A stretch of 61,812 nucleotides of DNA from an uncultured Bacilli bacterium (GCA_947628145.1 CANQYU010000001.1:1-61812), one strand, 5' to 3'; counted from the stretch's first letter, positions 38,542-47,132 are shown. The notes: generated by a model not told the origin, from the letters alone. Program-made: numbers and translations.

Positions 38542-38557
38542 AATTGACTTTAATATA

Positions 38558-38695
38558 TTAAATTAATATGAGAGTTAGTAAAATCGGAATATTATGTTTT
38601 AATTCCCCATTTATTGCAATAAGACTTGGTACTAGTTCTTCTAATGTACTTAATATTATACAATCTTTTTTATAATTTTGTCTGGTCATTACCAT
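38558..38695 (-). CDS. Candidate 45-aa small ORF with its own promoter and terminator
   Basis: MVMTRQNYKKDCIILSTLEELVPSLIAINGELKHNIPILLTLILI. AAGGAG lies 12 nt upstream and an extended -10 TGGTATAAT at 38731-38739. Ends at the bidirectional terminator. Hand-translated; below the ORF-track cutoff. Confidence 0.3.
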   Translation of the reverse strand: MVMTRQNYKKDCIILSTLEELVPSLIAINGELKHNIPILLTLILI

Positions 38696-38825
38696 TTTTA
38701 TCACTTACTCCTTATTGTACCTATATTTACATTATACCATTTTTCCAATAAAAAAGTAAGGCTTGTAAGCTTAATTTTAGGTACAGTAAGCAGCCTTACA
38801 TTTTTATTATAATATATTTTTTTCA

Positions 38826-38866
38826 AAATAAAAAGACTATTAGCAAAATTTCTTTTGGCAATAGTC
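38826..38866 (-). terminator. Intrinsic terminator of the membrane XRE gene
   Basis: Minus-strand hairpin GACTATTGCCAAAA-GAAA-TTTTGCTAATAGTC followed by TTTTTATTTT. Confidence 0.65.
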
Positions 38867-38919
38867 TGAAGTTATCAATTTTACTTGATAACCTTACTTA
38901 TCTCTTTGGATTTTATTTA

Positions 38920-39645
38920 TTATCTATTATCACAAGTGCCACCAATACTTATAATATAATCTTCCATATCTTTAAGTAAATCATAGGTATGATTATAAGC
39001 ATCTAAATTAATATTCATTTTAGCCATTAATTCGGTTTCTCGTTCTTTAGTTTTATTGTCTATAATATTGTAACCTGATGGTTTATTAGAAAAATCCGAA
39101 ATACAATGAGGAATTTCTAAAAATGTTTTGTTTTTACATACTGAATTAGAAAAATCAAAAATACAATATGGGGTTTCTAAAAATTTTTTAGTTTTATTAT
39201 CATCACATACATTACGAGATAAAGCCATAATTTTTAAGTTTTTGCCATCTAAATTACATTTATTAGTTATAGCACTTTCCATTTCATTTTCCATATATTC
39301 CATAAAATTAATTTGAGAACGATAACTATATCCTTTATATATTATAGTTCCCACAATTAAAATAACTATTACTACACAAAGAACAATTATAATTTTTTTT
39401 AATATCTTGTTATTTTTGGTTTTCTTATTAATATCTTTTAACATTTCTTTATCGCCTTTTAATAAAATGTCTAATGAAACATTAAATTTATCACTAATCG
39501 TTATTAATGTTTCAATATCAGGATAATTATTACCATTTTCCCAATTTGAAACAGTTTGTCTTGTTACATTTAAAATTTCAGCAAGTCTTTCTTGGGACAT
39601 TTTATTATCCTTTCTTATTTTTAAAATTTTATCACCCAAATTCAT
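38920..39645 (-). CDS. Membrane-anchored XRE-family HTH regulator with extracytoplasmic Cys-containing domain
   Basis: Start at ATG 39645 (RBS AAAGGAGGA). HTH MSQERLAEILNVTRQTVSNWENG, a TM helix IIIVLCVVIVILIVGTIIY, and an internal 20-aa duplication. Confidence 0.8.
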   Translation of the reverse strand: MNLGDKILKIRKDNKMSQERLAEILNVTRQTVSNWENGNNYPDIETLITISDKFNVSLDILLKGDKEMLKDINKKTKNNKILKKIIIVLCVVIVILIVGTIIYKGYSYRSQINFMEYMENEMESAITNKCNLDGKNLKIMALSRNVCDDNKTKKFLETPYCIFDFSNSVCKNKTFLEIPHCISDFSNKPSGYNIIDNKTKERETELMAKMNINLDAYNHTYDLLKDMEDYIISIGGTCDNR

Positions 39646-39692
39646 AAAATATCCTCCTTTCATAAGAACATAATAAAAGATAATTTAAAAAT

Positions 39693-39735
39693 ATTATATC
39701 AAACTTATTTGACATTACTAGCAAGAATTTCTTGC
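39693..39735 (-). promoter_or_regulatory. Promoter with overlapping palindrome for the membrane XRE gene
   Basis: Minus strand TTGCTA, a 17-nt spacer, then extended -10 TGATATAAT. The palindrome GCAAGA-N3-TCTTGC (39721-39735) overlaps the -35, making it an autoregulation candidate. Confidence 0.45.
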
Positions 39736-39752
39736 ATATTAAAAAACAAAAT

Positions 39753-39773
39753 AAAAAAACTAGGTAAGCCTAG
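39753..39773 (-). terminator. Weak terminator after tRNA-Met
   Basis: 5-bp hairpin CTAGG-CTTA-CCTAG followed by T7 on the minus strand. Confidence 0.4.
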
Positions 39774-39788
39774 CTTTTCATACAAATT

Positions 39789-39865
39789 TGGTAGCGACGG
39801 AGGGGGTCGAACCCACGACCTACCGGGTATGAACCGGTCGCTCTAGCCAACTGAGCTACATCGCC
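39789..39865 (-). tRNA. tRNA-Met (elongator, anticodon CAU), CCA encoded
   Basis: Minus strand GGCGATG..., anticodon stem ACCGG/CCGGT with loop TTCATAC. Acceptor has G1-U72 and U6-G67 wobbles, like Bacillus elongator Met. There is one U-U mismatch in the T stem. It lacks the initiator GGG/CCC anticodon stem and the Ile2-type CTCATAA loop. Confidence 0.85.
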
Positions 39866-39937
39866 ATTTCTTTGTCGCATAAATAATATATCAAATTGCC
39901 TAATTAAAGTCAATATTTTTTTATTTAAAAAAGCTAG

Positions 39938-40651
39938 TTATACGGCTTTACTTTCACCAGTTTTATAATTTATTTCTACTCCATCTTCAACATTATAAAT
40001 ATATACATGAAAACTTAAACTTTTACCCCTATCTTCAAAAGAGGCGGCTTCTATTTCGATTCCACTAGCAATTAAATTAGCTCCCTCATATATAGGAGTT
40101 ACTCGATATAAAACTTGATTATTTGTATCTTTAACATAATTAGCAACTTTATTTTCAAAAGTTAGCATAGATTTAGTATTAGTACTTCTAGTACAGGTTA
40201 TAAGATTTTTTTCATTAGCATTTTCCCCGGTTAGTTGATAGCCAATTAAGTGACAACGATTATATAAATATTTGCCATCAATAAAATCATATTTAATTGT
40301 ATGCCAACCACTTGGTTTTACTCCACTTATTGAGCCTCTTTCTTCCGTAGGCATAGTACTAAGTCCAACTTTAGCAAAAGCAACACCCGCACGACCTAAT
40401 AAATCTAAATTACTATATTTTTCTAATTCTTTAGTATTATAATCTTCTTCAGTAAATAAAGGTTTATTATCATTTAAATAAACATAAGGATTTCCATCAT
40501 AAGCTGGAATACTACTTAAGGAAGCATAAGTTTCACTAAAAACATGAAGCTCTAAAAAATTATATATATCATTTTTAAAATAAGTAAATAAAGCGACTAA
40601 AAAAATTAATATTAAAGTAAATAGGCTTTTATTTTTTTTACTTCTTTTCAT
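39938..40651 (-). CDS. DNA-entry nuclease / DNA-RNA non-specific endonuclease (EndA-like)
   Basis: N-terminal TM/signal. PSGWH...NRCHLIGYQLTGENANEKNLITCTRSTN...YRVTPIY...INYKTGE parallels pneumococcal EndA (PPGWHQ..DRGHLLGY..YRVT..DYRTGE). Confidence 0.8.
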   Translation of the reverse strand: MKRSKKNKSLFTLILIFLVALFTYFKNDIYNFLELHVFSETYASLSSIPAYDGNPYVYLNDNKPLFTEEDYNTKELEKYSNLDLLGRAGVAFAKVGLSTMPTEERGSISGVKPSGWHTIKYDFIDGKYLYNRCHLIGYQLTGENANEKNLITCTRSTNTKSMLTFENKVANYVKDTNNQVLYRVTPIYEGANLIASGIEIEAASFEDRGKSLSFHVYIYNVEDGVEINYKTGESKAV

Positions 40652-40701
40652 ATACTTTCCTACCTTATAGATATTATAACATAATTTTGGTCAAGAAGAA
40701 A

Positions 40702-41451
40702 CTATTCTATTTTTTTAGATAAAATATTACTTTCTTTTTCTATAACTCCATTATAAAAGCTAGGTACTTCCCCCTCTAACATCATAGATGCAACCATAGT
40801 TTTATATTCTAAATCAGTTTTTTTATAATGAAAAGGAGCTAAAGTAGAGGTAGATAACTTTAAATAAACAAATACCTCGACTAAAGCATTATTAAGGCCA
40901 TAATTAGTTACTTTTGTTTCTAAATTAGTTAAAATACTCCCAATAAAATTAACTTTAACAGGGATTTTAGGACCCATATTATAAAAATAAGTACTATTAA
41001 AAATATTACCAATAGGAATATTTAAAACTAAACCATTAGCTTTATGACTAAGTTTAGAATTATAATAACTAAATGAAATATTACCATTTTCCATATTTTT
41101 AAATGATTTAGTTAAAGCATTAGATATATTTTCTAATACTTGATAGGCAGGAGCTAAATTAAAATCAACATATAATATTTCATTATTAGCATTTTTATTT
41201 ATTATTAAAATATTATTTAAAGAAATTTTATTAACTATTTCGTTTGTTAAACTATCAGTTATGAGAGAATAAGTTACTCTTTTTATTTCTTCGGTAGTCA
41301 TTTTTTCTAAAGTTTTATTAGCTTTTTTATTAAAATTATATAGTAAAAAAAAGGTAAATATAATAATTAAAATAAAAGTTAATATTAATATATGCCCTAA
41401 TATTTTATTATTATATTTACGTTCATTTTTAGTTTTAAATATATATTTCAT
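40702..41451 (-). CDS. yunB: Sporulation protein YunB
   Basis: N-terminal TM. NIPIGNIFNSTYFYNMGPKIPVKV...GLNNALVEVFVYL...MLEGEVPSFY follows the YunB family pattern. Confidence 0.65.
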   Translation of the reverse strand: MKYIFKTKNERKYNNKILGHILILTFILIIIFTFFLLYNFNKKANKTLEKMTTEEIKRVTYSLITDSLTNEIVNKISLNNILIINKNANNEILYVDFNLAPAYQVLENISNALTKSFKNMENGNISFSYYNSKLSHKANGLVLNIPIGNIFNSTYFYNMGPKIPVKVNFIGSILTNLETKVTNYGLNNALVEVFVYLKLSTSTLAPFHYKKTDLEYKTMVASMMLEGEVPSFYNGVIEKESNILSKKIE

Positions 41452-41475
41452 AGTAAAATATATGTAAGATATTTA

Positions 41476-42366
41476 TTAAAATAAACCAAGATTTAAAAAT
41501 TTATTTAGAAAAATTACTAAGCCGGCAATTAAAATTAAACTAACAAAAACAATAGTAACATAAATTAAAGCTCGACTAGATTTAACTTCTTTCTTTAAAT
41601 CATTAAAATCGTCAAAATCACTTTGAGTAAAAGTTAATGTATTAGTAAGTGATGCAGTCTGGTCTTCTTTCGATTCTGTTTTGGTATTGGCTTTTTCGAC
41701 CTCTTCTTTAGCTTTAGTTGCTTCTTCTAAAGACATAATTGGGGCAGTTTCTCCAATACTTTCTTCTTCATGAATACCCCCGACTACAACTGTATTTTCG
41801 TCCCCTTTTAAATCAGTTAAAATATCTAAGGGATTTAAATCTTCTTCCGGATTATCTTTAATATCAAGTTCATGCATCGTGATAGTATTTATTAAATCCA
41901 TTAATTCGTGATTATCATCTTTAGGAGTTGATAGTTCTTCCTCTTCTGGAGCTTCAGAAGAATTTTTATTTATTTCTAAACTATTTAAAATATCATATTG
42001 AGTATCTCTAACTTTTTTTAAACGTTCCTCCGTATAATCAACTTCTTTTTCACTACGAGCTTTTTCTAAAATAGCATTAATATCATATTCTCTGGTTTCG
42101 TCAAGAGCAATACTTGGTTCGGGAGAAATTTCTTCAACAATAATACTACGACGTTTGGGTTCTTTATTATATTTAGTATCAAGAATTTTTTTAATTTTTT
42201 CAACATCTATTTCTTTAGCATTATTATCAATAATTGTGGCATTAGAATCAATTTGATAATCTTCAACTTCATAATTATTTATATTTTTATATAAGTCTTC
42301 ATTTCGTTGCTGTCTTAAAGGAGTTTCGGTATTTTCTTCGTAATATTTTTGCATACGTGTTTGCAT
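41476..42366 (-). CDS. Acidic protein with C-terminal TM anchor, function unknown
   Basis: Start chosen at MQTRMQKYY (AAGGA upstream); the ORF track starts 18 nt earlier. Glu/Asp-rich with a terminal hydrophobic helix. Confidence 0.65.
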   Translation of the reverse strand: MQTRMQKYYEENTETPLRQQRNEDLYKNINNYEVEDYQIDSNATIIDNNAKEIDVEKIKKILDTKYNKEPKRRSIIVEEISPEPSIALDETREYDINAILEKARSEKEVDYTEERLKKVRDTQYDILNSLEINKNSSEAPEEEELSTPKDDNHELMDLINTITMHELDIKDNPEEDLNPLDILTDLKGDENTVVVGGIHEEESIGETAPIMSLEEATKAKEEVEKANTKTESKEDQTASLTNTLTFTQSDFDDFNDLKKEVKSSRALIYVTIVFVSLILIAGLVIFLNKFLNLGLF

Positions 42367-42477
42367 TCTATCACAATCCTTCATATTAATGATAACATAT
42401 TTTTTATGGTTTTAAAAGTCTTTATCTTTGCAATTTCAAAAAGTTTTGCTATAATTAAATTATAAGGAGAGAAAAAT

Positions 42478-42750
42478 ATGAAAAAAATTAAAGTTAATCA
42501 TGAAGCTTGTATAGGATGTGGAGCTTGTGTAGCAATTGCCCCAGATTATTTTGAATTTAATGACGAGGGTTTATCTAAACCTAAAAAACAAGATAATTTA
42601 GAGTCTCCAGATTTACAAAATGCCATTGATTCTTGCCCTACTAGCGCTATTAGTGTAGGAGAAGCTCAAGAAAATGAGTTTTTAGATGGAACTAATGAAG
42701 ATAATTGCGAATGTGATGGCTGTGACCATTGTGGTCATTGTGAGGAATAA
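42478..42750 (+). CDS. 4Fe-4S ferredoxin with Cys/His-rich C-terminal tail
   Basis: CIGCGACVAIAP....C(P)TSAI cluster motif. RBS AAGGAGAG. Tail is NCECDGCDHCGHCEE. Confidence 0.85.
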   Translation: MKKIKVNHEACIGCGACVAIAPDYFEFNDEGLSKPKKQDNLESPDLQNAIDSCPTSAISVGEAQENEFLDGTNEDNCECDGCDHCGHCEE

Positions 42751-42794
42751 GAGAGCTATTTACAAATCTATAAAATTATTATATACTTAATTTA

Positions 42795-42864
42795 GCGAGA
42801 CACATCATAGTGCTTGCCAAATGGCTTGCACCATTTACTTAAACAGGTAAATGGCGCTTTTTTT
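42795..42864 (+). ncRNA. Candidate ~70-nt sRNA (possible type I antitoxin), or simply the ferredoxin 3' UTR and terminator
   Basis: Promoter TTTACA (42759-64), a 17-nt spacer, then TATACT (42782-87). The terminator is GCACCATTTAC-loop-GTAAATGGCGC plus T7 (42828-42864). It is antisense to the 3' UTR of the small ORF 42875-42943. Confidence 0.35.
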
Positions 42865-42874
42865 ATATTAAAAA

Positions 42875-42943
42875 TTATCTAAAGATAATTAATAAAATAA
42901 TTATAACGAATAAAGCAAAGATTAATAAATCTTGTTTCTTCAT
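42875..42943 (-). CDS. Candidate 22-aa hydrophobic peptide (type I toxin-like)
   Basis: MKKQDLLIFALFVIIILLIIFR, with SD GAGGTGG 4 nt upstream. Minus-strand promoter: TTGCAC, a 17-nt spacer, then TGATATGTT (43015-43043). Hand-translated. Confidence 0.35.
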   Translation of the reverse strand: MKKQDLLIFALFVIIILLIIFR

Positions 42944-43046
42944 ATAACCACCTCACTTTTCCAAAAAAATAAAGTGGCAAGCACCAAGACCCCCTTAAGA
43001 TGTCTCGCGCAATAAACATATCATAAATTTATATAGAGTGCAAAAA

Positions 43047-43139
43047 CAGATTTTATTAAATTGGAGGCAATTTTATTAAAAAATGGCCATTTTTGATGCA
43101 GATTTAATTAAATTGGCTAAGCAGATTTTATTAAATCTG
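43047..43139. repeat. Four copies of an ~18-nt motif CAGATTT(T/A)ATTAAAT(T/C)(G/T)G
   Basis: Copies start at 43047, 43068 (degenerate), 43099 and 43122. The last copy is itself a hairpin, CAGATTT-TATT-AAATCTG. Confidence 0.6.
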
Positions 43140-43167
43140 TAAATTTTAATTACTTTACAATTATTTA

Positions 43168-43194
43168 CAAAAAAAGCTCTTAATTAGAGCTTTT
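43168..43194 (-). terminator. Intrinsic terminator of the rluB-like gene
   Basis: Minus strand AAAAGCTCT-AATTA-AGAGCTTTT plus T-run. Includes the stop codon. Confidence 0.65.
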
Positions 43195-43902
43195 CAAACT
43201 ATATAATTTTTTTATTTCTTTAATTTTTAAAGGGCGATATTCGCCAACTTTTAAATTATCTAAAGTTAAAAAGGCTATTTTAGTTCTTTTTAATTTTAAA
43301 ACAGGATGATTTAAGCTAGCAAATATTTTTTTTATTATGTGGTTGCGGCCTTCATGGATAGTTATTTCTATGAGTGTTGTTTCTTTTTCAAAGTTTTTGC
43401 TTTTTATTTTAAAGTTAGATGTAATTACTTTACGGCCATCAATAACTAACCCATTTTTTAATTTGGCAATGTCTTCTTTAGTAAGTAAACCGGATATGCG
43501 AGCTAAATAAGTTTTGGGAATATTATTTTGAGGATGCATTAAAATATTAGCTAGTTCACCATCATTAGTTAAAATAAGTAATCCGGTTGTATCATAATCA
43601 AGTCTTCCAACGGGATATATTCTTTCCGGGGTGGGAATTAAATCAACCACAGTTTGGCGTTTTTTTTCGTCTTTAGTACTAGTAATTACCCCCGCTGGTT
43701 TATTTAATAAATAATATAATTTTTTTACCTTGGTATTTATTACTTGGTCATTAATGGTTATTAAAGCTTCACTACTGACTTTAGTTCCTAATTCTTTGAC
43801 AATTTTACCATCAACTTTAACCTGACCATTTAGAATTAATTCTTCGGCTTTACGACGAGAAGCATAACCATAACTTGCAATAACTTTTTGTAATCTTTCC
43901 AT
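43180..43902 (-). CDS. rluB: RsuA/RluB-family pseudouridine synthase (S4 domain + catalytic domain)
   Basis: N-terminal S4 motif (RLQKVIASYGYASRRKAEELI) and catalytic GRLDYDTTGLL. Confidence 0.85.
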   Translation of the reverse strand: MERLQKVIASYGYASRRKAEELILNGQVKVDGKIVKELGTKVSSEALITINDQVINTKVKKLYYLLNKPAGVITSTKDEKKRQTVVDLIPTPERIYPVGRLDYDTTGLLILTNDGELANILMHPQNNIPKTYLARISGLLTKEDIAKLKNGLVIDGRKVITSNFKIKSKNFEKETTLIEITIHEGRNHIIKKIFASLNHPVLKLKRTKIAFLTLDNLKVGEYRPLKIKEIKKLYSLKSSN

Positions 43903-43904
43903 AA

Positions 43905-45053
43905 TTAAACCCTAACTAGCATATAACTTAAAAAGGCAATTAGTAAAATAAGCACTATGGAACCATTAATTCTATCATTTTTATTATTGCGACCAGGAAT
44001 ACCTAAAGCCATCGTTGTAAGATATCCCCCGATTAGCCCACCAATATGGGCAAAATTATCAATGCCAGGAAGAATAAAACCAATTGCAAGATTAAGAATA
44101 ATAACTGGTAAAATTTGACTTTTTAAAACAGAGCCTAAATATAAGCGGTAGTGATAACCAAAATAAAGTAAAGAACCTAATAAACCAAAAATGGCACCAC
44201 TAGCCCCCGCGGAGATAGATTCATGCATAACAACGGAAAGCAAAGAGCCCACTAAACCACTGATTAAAAAGACTAATAAATATTTAGTTTTACCAAGAAA
44301 ACTTTCTAATTGGCGACCGATTATATATAAAGCATACATATTTACTAATAAATGAATAATGCCAATATGTAAAAAGTTAGAGGTTATTAAGCGCCATACT
44401 TGTCCAGCTTTAACTAAAGGACGATAGTTAGCTCCAAAAAATAATAAAGTACTAGGACTTTCACTCCCATCACCAAAAATATACATAGCGATAAAAGTTA
44501 AAACGCAAATAGCAATAAGCATAGGGGTAATAATAGCTTTTTTAGGAGTAAATATTTTAGTATAAGTTTCACTATCTTTAAGAGTTTTAGCATTTATATC
44601 ATTAGTTACATTAACAATTAAATCTATGCCTTCTAAATCTTTCATTAATTTATTTTTAATATTAGGAAATATTTTTAAAATATTTTGATTATCAGTTATT
44701 TCATTTACATTATTTACAACAATAGACGAAATATTATTATTTTCTTCAGGGACTTTTAAATTAGCTTCAACATTAATTAAAATATTTAAAGTATTAACTT
44801 TTAAAGATAAAGTTTTTCTTTTTATTTGGTCAATTATTCTTAAAGCTTTAAATATATCATATTTATATTGTTCAGTATTATGAATATGGTTAGAATTAAT
44901 ACGGATAATACGATATGGTCCATCAACATTTTCGAGCCAAATTTCATCCTTAGTTCCTTTAACCATAATTGGGGTATAGTTTTCAATAGTTATAAAATAA
45001 TGAACAAGCATCATAACTATTTCATCATTTTTACTAGTTATACTATAATTCAA
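43905..45053 (-). CDS. Rhomboid family intramembrane serine protease (GluP/YqgP-like) with N-terminal cytoplasmic domain
   Basis: TTG start after GAGGTGA. Motifs HLLVNMYAL, GASGAIFGLLG (catalytic Ser) and AHIGGLIGG (catalytic His). Confidence 0.85.
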   Translation of the reverse strand: MNYSITSKNDEIVMMLVHYFITIENYTPIMVKGTKDEIWLENVDGPYRIIRINSNHIHNTEQYKYDIFKALRIIDQIKRKTLSLKVNTLNILINVEANLKVPEENNNISSIVVNNVNEITDNQNILKIFPNIKNKLMKDLEGIDLIVNVTNDINAKTLKDSETYTKIFTPKKAIITPMLIAICVLTFIAMYIFGDGSESPSTLLFFGANYRPLVKAGQVWRLITSNFLHIGIIHLLVNMYALYIIGRQLESFLGKTKYLLVFLISGLVGSLLSVVMHESISAGASGAIFGLLGSLLYFGYHYRLYLGSVLKSQILPVIILNLAIGFILPGIDNFAHIGGLIGGYLTTMALGIPGRNNKNDRINGSIVLILLIAFLSYMLVRV

Positions 45054-45116
45054 AATTAATCACCTCAAGTACTTTTATTTTAATACAAAACATATATTTA
45101 GTAAAGAGGTGATAAG

Positions 45117-45434
45117 ATGTCTTTATTATTTTATTTAACATTTATTATATTTATTTTAATGGTTATTTATTATTTTATTTATTTAAAAAATATTACTTAT
45201 GATAATTTATTTGTAATTATTTTAAATTTAGTTTTCTTATGTATTCTTCCCCTTTATTATGGTTATTTTAAAGATAATATTTATAGTTTGATAATAAGTA
45301 TTGCTCTATTTATTAGTTCATTTATATTTAATATAAAAATAAAAGAAATATTTCATAGTAATAAAATATTGCCAATTATTTATTTTTTGATTTCTCTTTT
45401 TATTTTAGGTTATATGACTTTAACCTTATTTTAA
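45117..45434 (+). CDS. Small integral membrane protein, unknown function
   Basis: 105 aa with 3-4 hydrophobic helices. RBS AGAGGTGA. Confidence 0.6.
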   Translation: MSLLFYLTFIIFILMVIYYFIYLKNITYDNLFVIILNLVFLCILPLYYGYFKDNIYSLIISIALFISSFIFNIKIKEIFHSNKILPIIYFLISLFILGYMTLTLF

Positions 45435-45493
45435 ATATATATACATTAAATTAGAATTAGATAATTAATTTTTAAACTATAATTAAAAAAAGA

Positions 45494-46384
45494 TTATTCT
45501 AAAGTTTTTAAATAATCTTCAAAATATTTAGGAAGTGGACAAGTGAATTCCATTTCTTTTTTAGTGATAGGATGAGTAAAAGTCATTTTATATGAATGGA
45601 GAAATTGACCAAATTCCGTCGCATTTTTAGTACCATATACAGGGTCATTATGAACTGGATAACCTATATAAGCCATATGAACTCTTATTTGGTGAGTTCT
45701 TCCGGTTTCGAGAACACAGCTAACTAAAGTATGTTCAGCATATCTTTTTAAAACTTTTAAATGCGTCACTGCATGTTTACTATTTTCGGCAGTTACAGCC
45801 ATTTTTTCCCGGTTATTTTCATTTCGACCAATTGGCGCATCAATAGTGGCACTATGGTTTTTAAATACACCATCTAAAAGAGCTATATATTCCCTTTTAA
45901 TTCTTTTATTTTTAAAATCTTCACTTAATATAGCATGAACTTTATTGGTTTTAGCGACCATAATTAAACCACTAGTATCTTTATCAATTCGGTGAACTAT
46001 ACCGGGTCGTTCTATTCCCCCAATATTACTTAAATTTTTAGTGTAATATAATAAACCATTAACTAAAGTATTTTGATAATTACCAGCCCCGGGATGCACA
46101 ACTAAGCCACTGGGTTTATTAATAATAATTAAATATTCGTCTTCATAAACAATATCTAAAGGCATTTTAGTGGGAACAATATCAGTTTTATTTTCTAGAG
46201 CTTCTTCATTAATTATGATTTCGTCATTTAGTTTTATTTTATAACTAGCCTTGGGTTCTTCCCCATTTACTGAGACTAAATGTTCTTCAATTAATTTTTG
46301 GATATATTCCCGAGAATAATCTAAATTAGTACTTAAATATTTATCTAAACGAATATTTTCAACATTAGCGATTATTTTATGCAT
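45494..46384 (-). CDS. rluD: 23S rRNA pseudouridine synthase, RluA family with S4 domain (RluD-like)
   Basis: S4 N-terminus and catalytic HRIDKDTSGL, with GRTHQIRVH near the C-terminus. Overlaps lspA by 8 nt, the usual lspA-rluD arrangement. Confidence 0.9.
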   Translation of the reverse strand: MHKIIANVENIRLDKYLSTNLDYSREYIQKLIEEHLVSVNGEEPKASYKIKLNDEIIINEEALENKTDIVPTKMPLDIVYEDEYLIIINKPSGLVVHPGAGNYQNTLVNGLLYYTKNLSNIGGIERPGIVHRIDKDTSGLIMVAKTNKVHAILSEDFKNKRIKREYIALLDGVFKNHSATIDAPIGRNENNREKMAVTAENSKHAVTHLKVLKRYAEHTLVSCVLETGRTHQIRVHMAYIGYPVHNDPVYGTKNATEFGQFLHSYKMTFTHPITKKEMEFTCPLPKYFEDYLKTLE

Positions 46385-46835
46385 CTTGAGCTTCTCCTTT
46401 CAAAATAGCCAAAATAAGCAAGCATACTCCGACTACAATAGCAATATCAGCAATATTAAATATAGGATAATCATAGCCAAAAATAGTAAAGTCTAAAAAA
46501 TCACGGACATAACCTAAAAAAAGGCGGTCTGCTAAATTAGACATTATACCACTTATAGTAAGAGCAAAAGCTAAATTATTACGAAAGTTATTTTGAAAGC
46601 TTAACATAAAACGGAGTAAAATTATAACGGCAATAACTGAAAAAATAATAAATAAATCACTATAATTAGCAAAAATACTCCAAGCTCCCCCAGTATTATG
46701 AACAATAGTAAGAGCAAAAAAATTTTTAATTAAAACATATGAGCTATTTGAATTAAAATATATTTCAATAAGACTTTTAGATAATTGGTCTATTATAAGA
46801 ATAATAACCGCGATGATAAAAGTTTTTTTATTCAT
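46377..46835 (-). CDS. lspA: Signal peptidase II (lipoprotein signal peptidase)
   Basis: 152 aa, four TM segments. Motifs N.GGAWS (HNTGGAWSIF) and FNIADIAI. Confidence 0.9.
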   Translation of the reverse strand: MNKKTFIIAVIILIIDQLSKSLIEIYFNSNSSYVLIKNFFALTIVHNTGGAWSIFANYSDLFIIFSVIAVIILLRFMLSFQNNFRNNLAFALTISGIMSNLADRLFLGYVRDFLDFTIFGYDYPIFNIADIAIVVGVCLLILAILKGEAQDA

Positions 46836-46866
46836 GGTAAGTCACCGATATAAGTATATCATAAAA

Positions 46867-47091
46867 TTATAAATCTACCAAGATTACATCTTCACCTATT
46901 TTAATTATTTGTTTAATAGTTACATTGGTTTCACTTTCACTTTTAAATAAACGCCTAAAAAAATGTTTAGGCATAACAATAAAATAATTAATATTACCCT
47001 CTTCGGTTATGTCCGCATCAGTAATGGTACCAAGATGGCGGCCATTTTGAATATTAACAACCATTTTTAGTTGTAAATCACTTAAACGCAT
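46867..47091 (-). CDS. YlmC/YmxH family sporulation protein (PRC-barrel)
   Basis: 74 aa. MRLSDLQLKMVVNIQNGRHLGTITDADI is the family N-terminus. Confidence 0.8.
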   Translation of the reverse strand: MRLSDLQLKMVVNIQNGRHLGTITDADITEEGNINYFIVMPKHFFRRLFKSESETNVTIKQIIKIGEDVILVDL

Positions 47092-47132
47092 AATACCACC
47101 TAGTAAATTATATGTTAAAAATTATTTTTAAA

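Noticed and set aside
43083-43139. An 18-codon plus-strand ORF (MAIFDADLIKLAKQILLNL) inside the 18-nt repeat array.
   Set aside because: The nearest GGAGG is about 15 nt upstream, which is too far. The ORF is a by-product of the repeat sequence itself.
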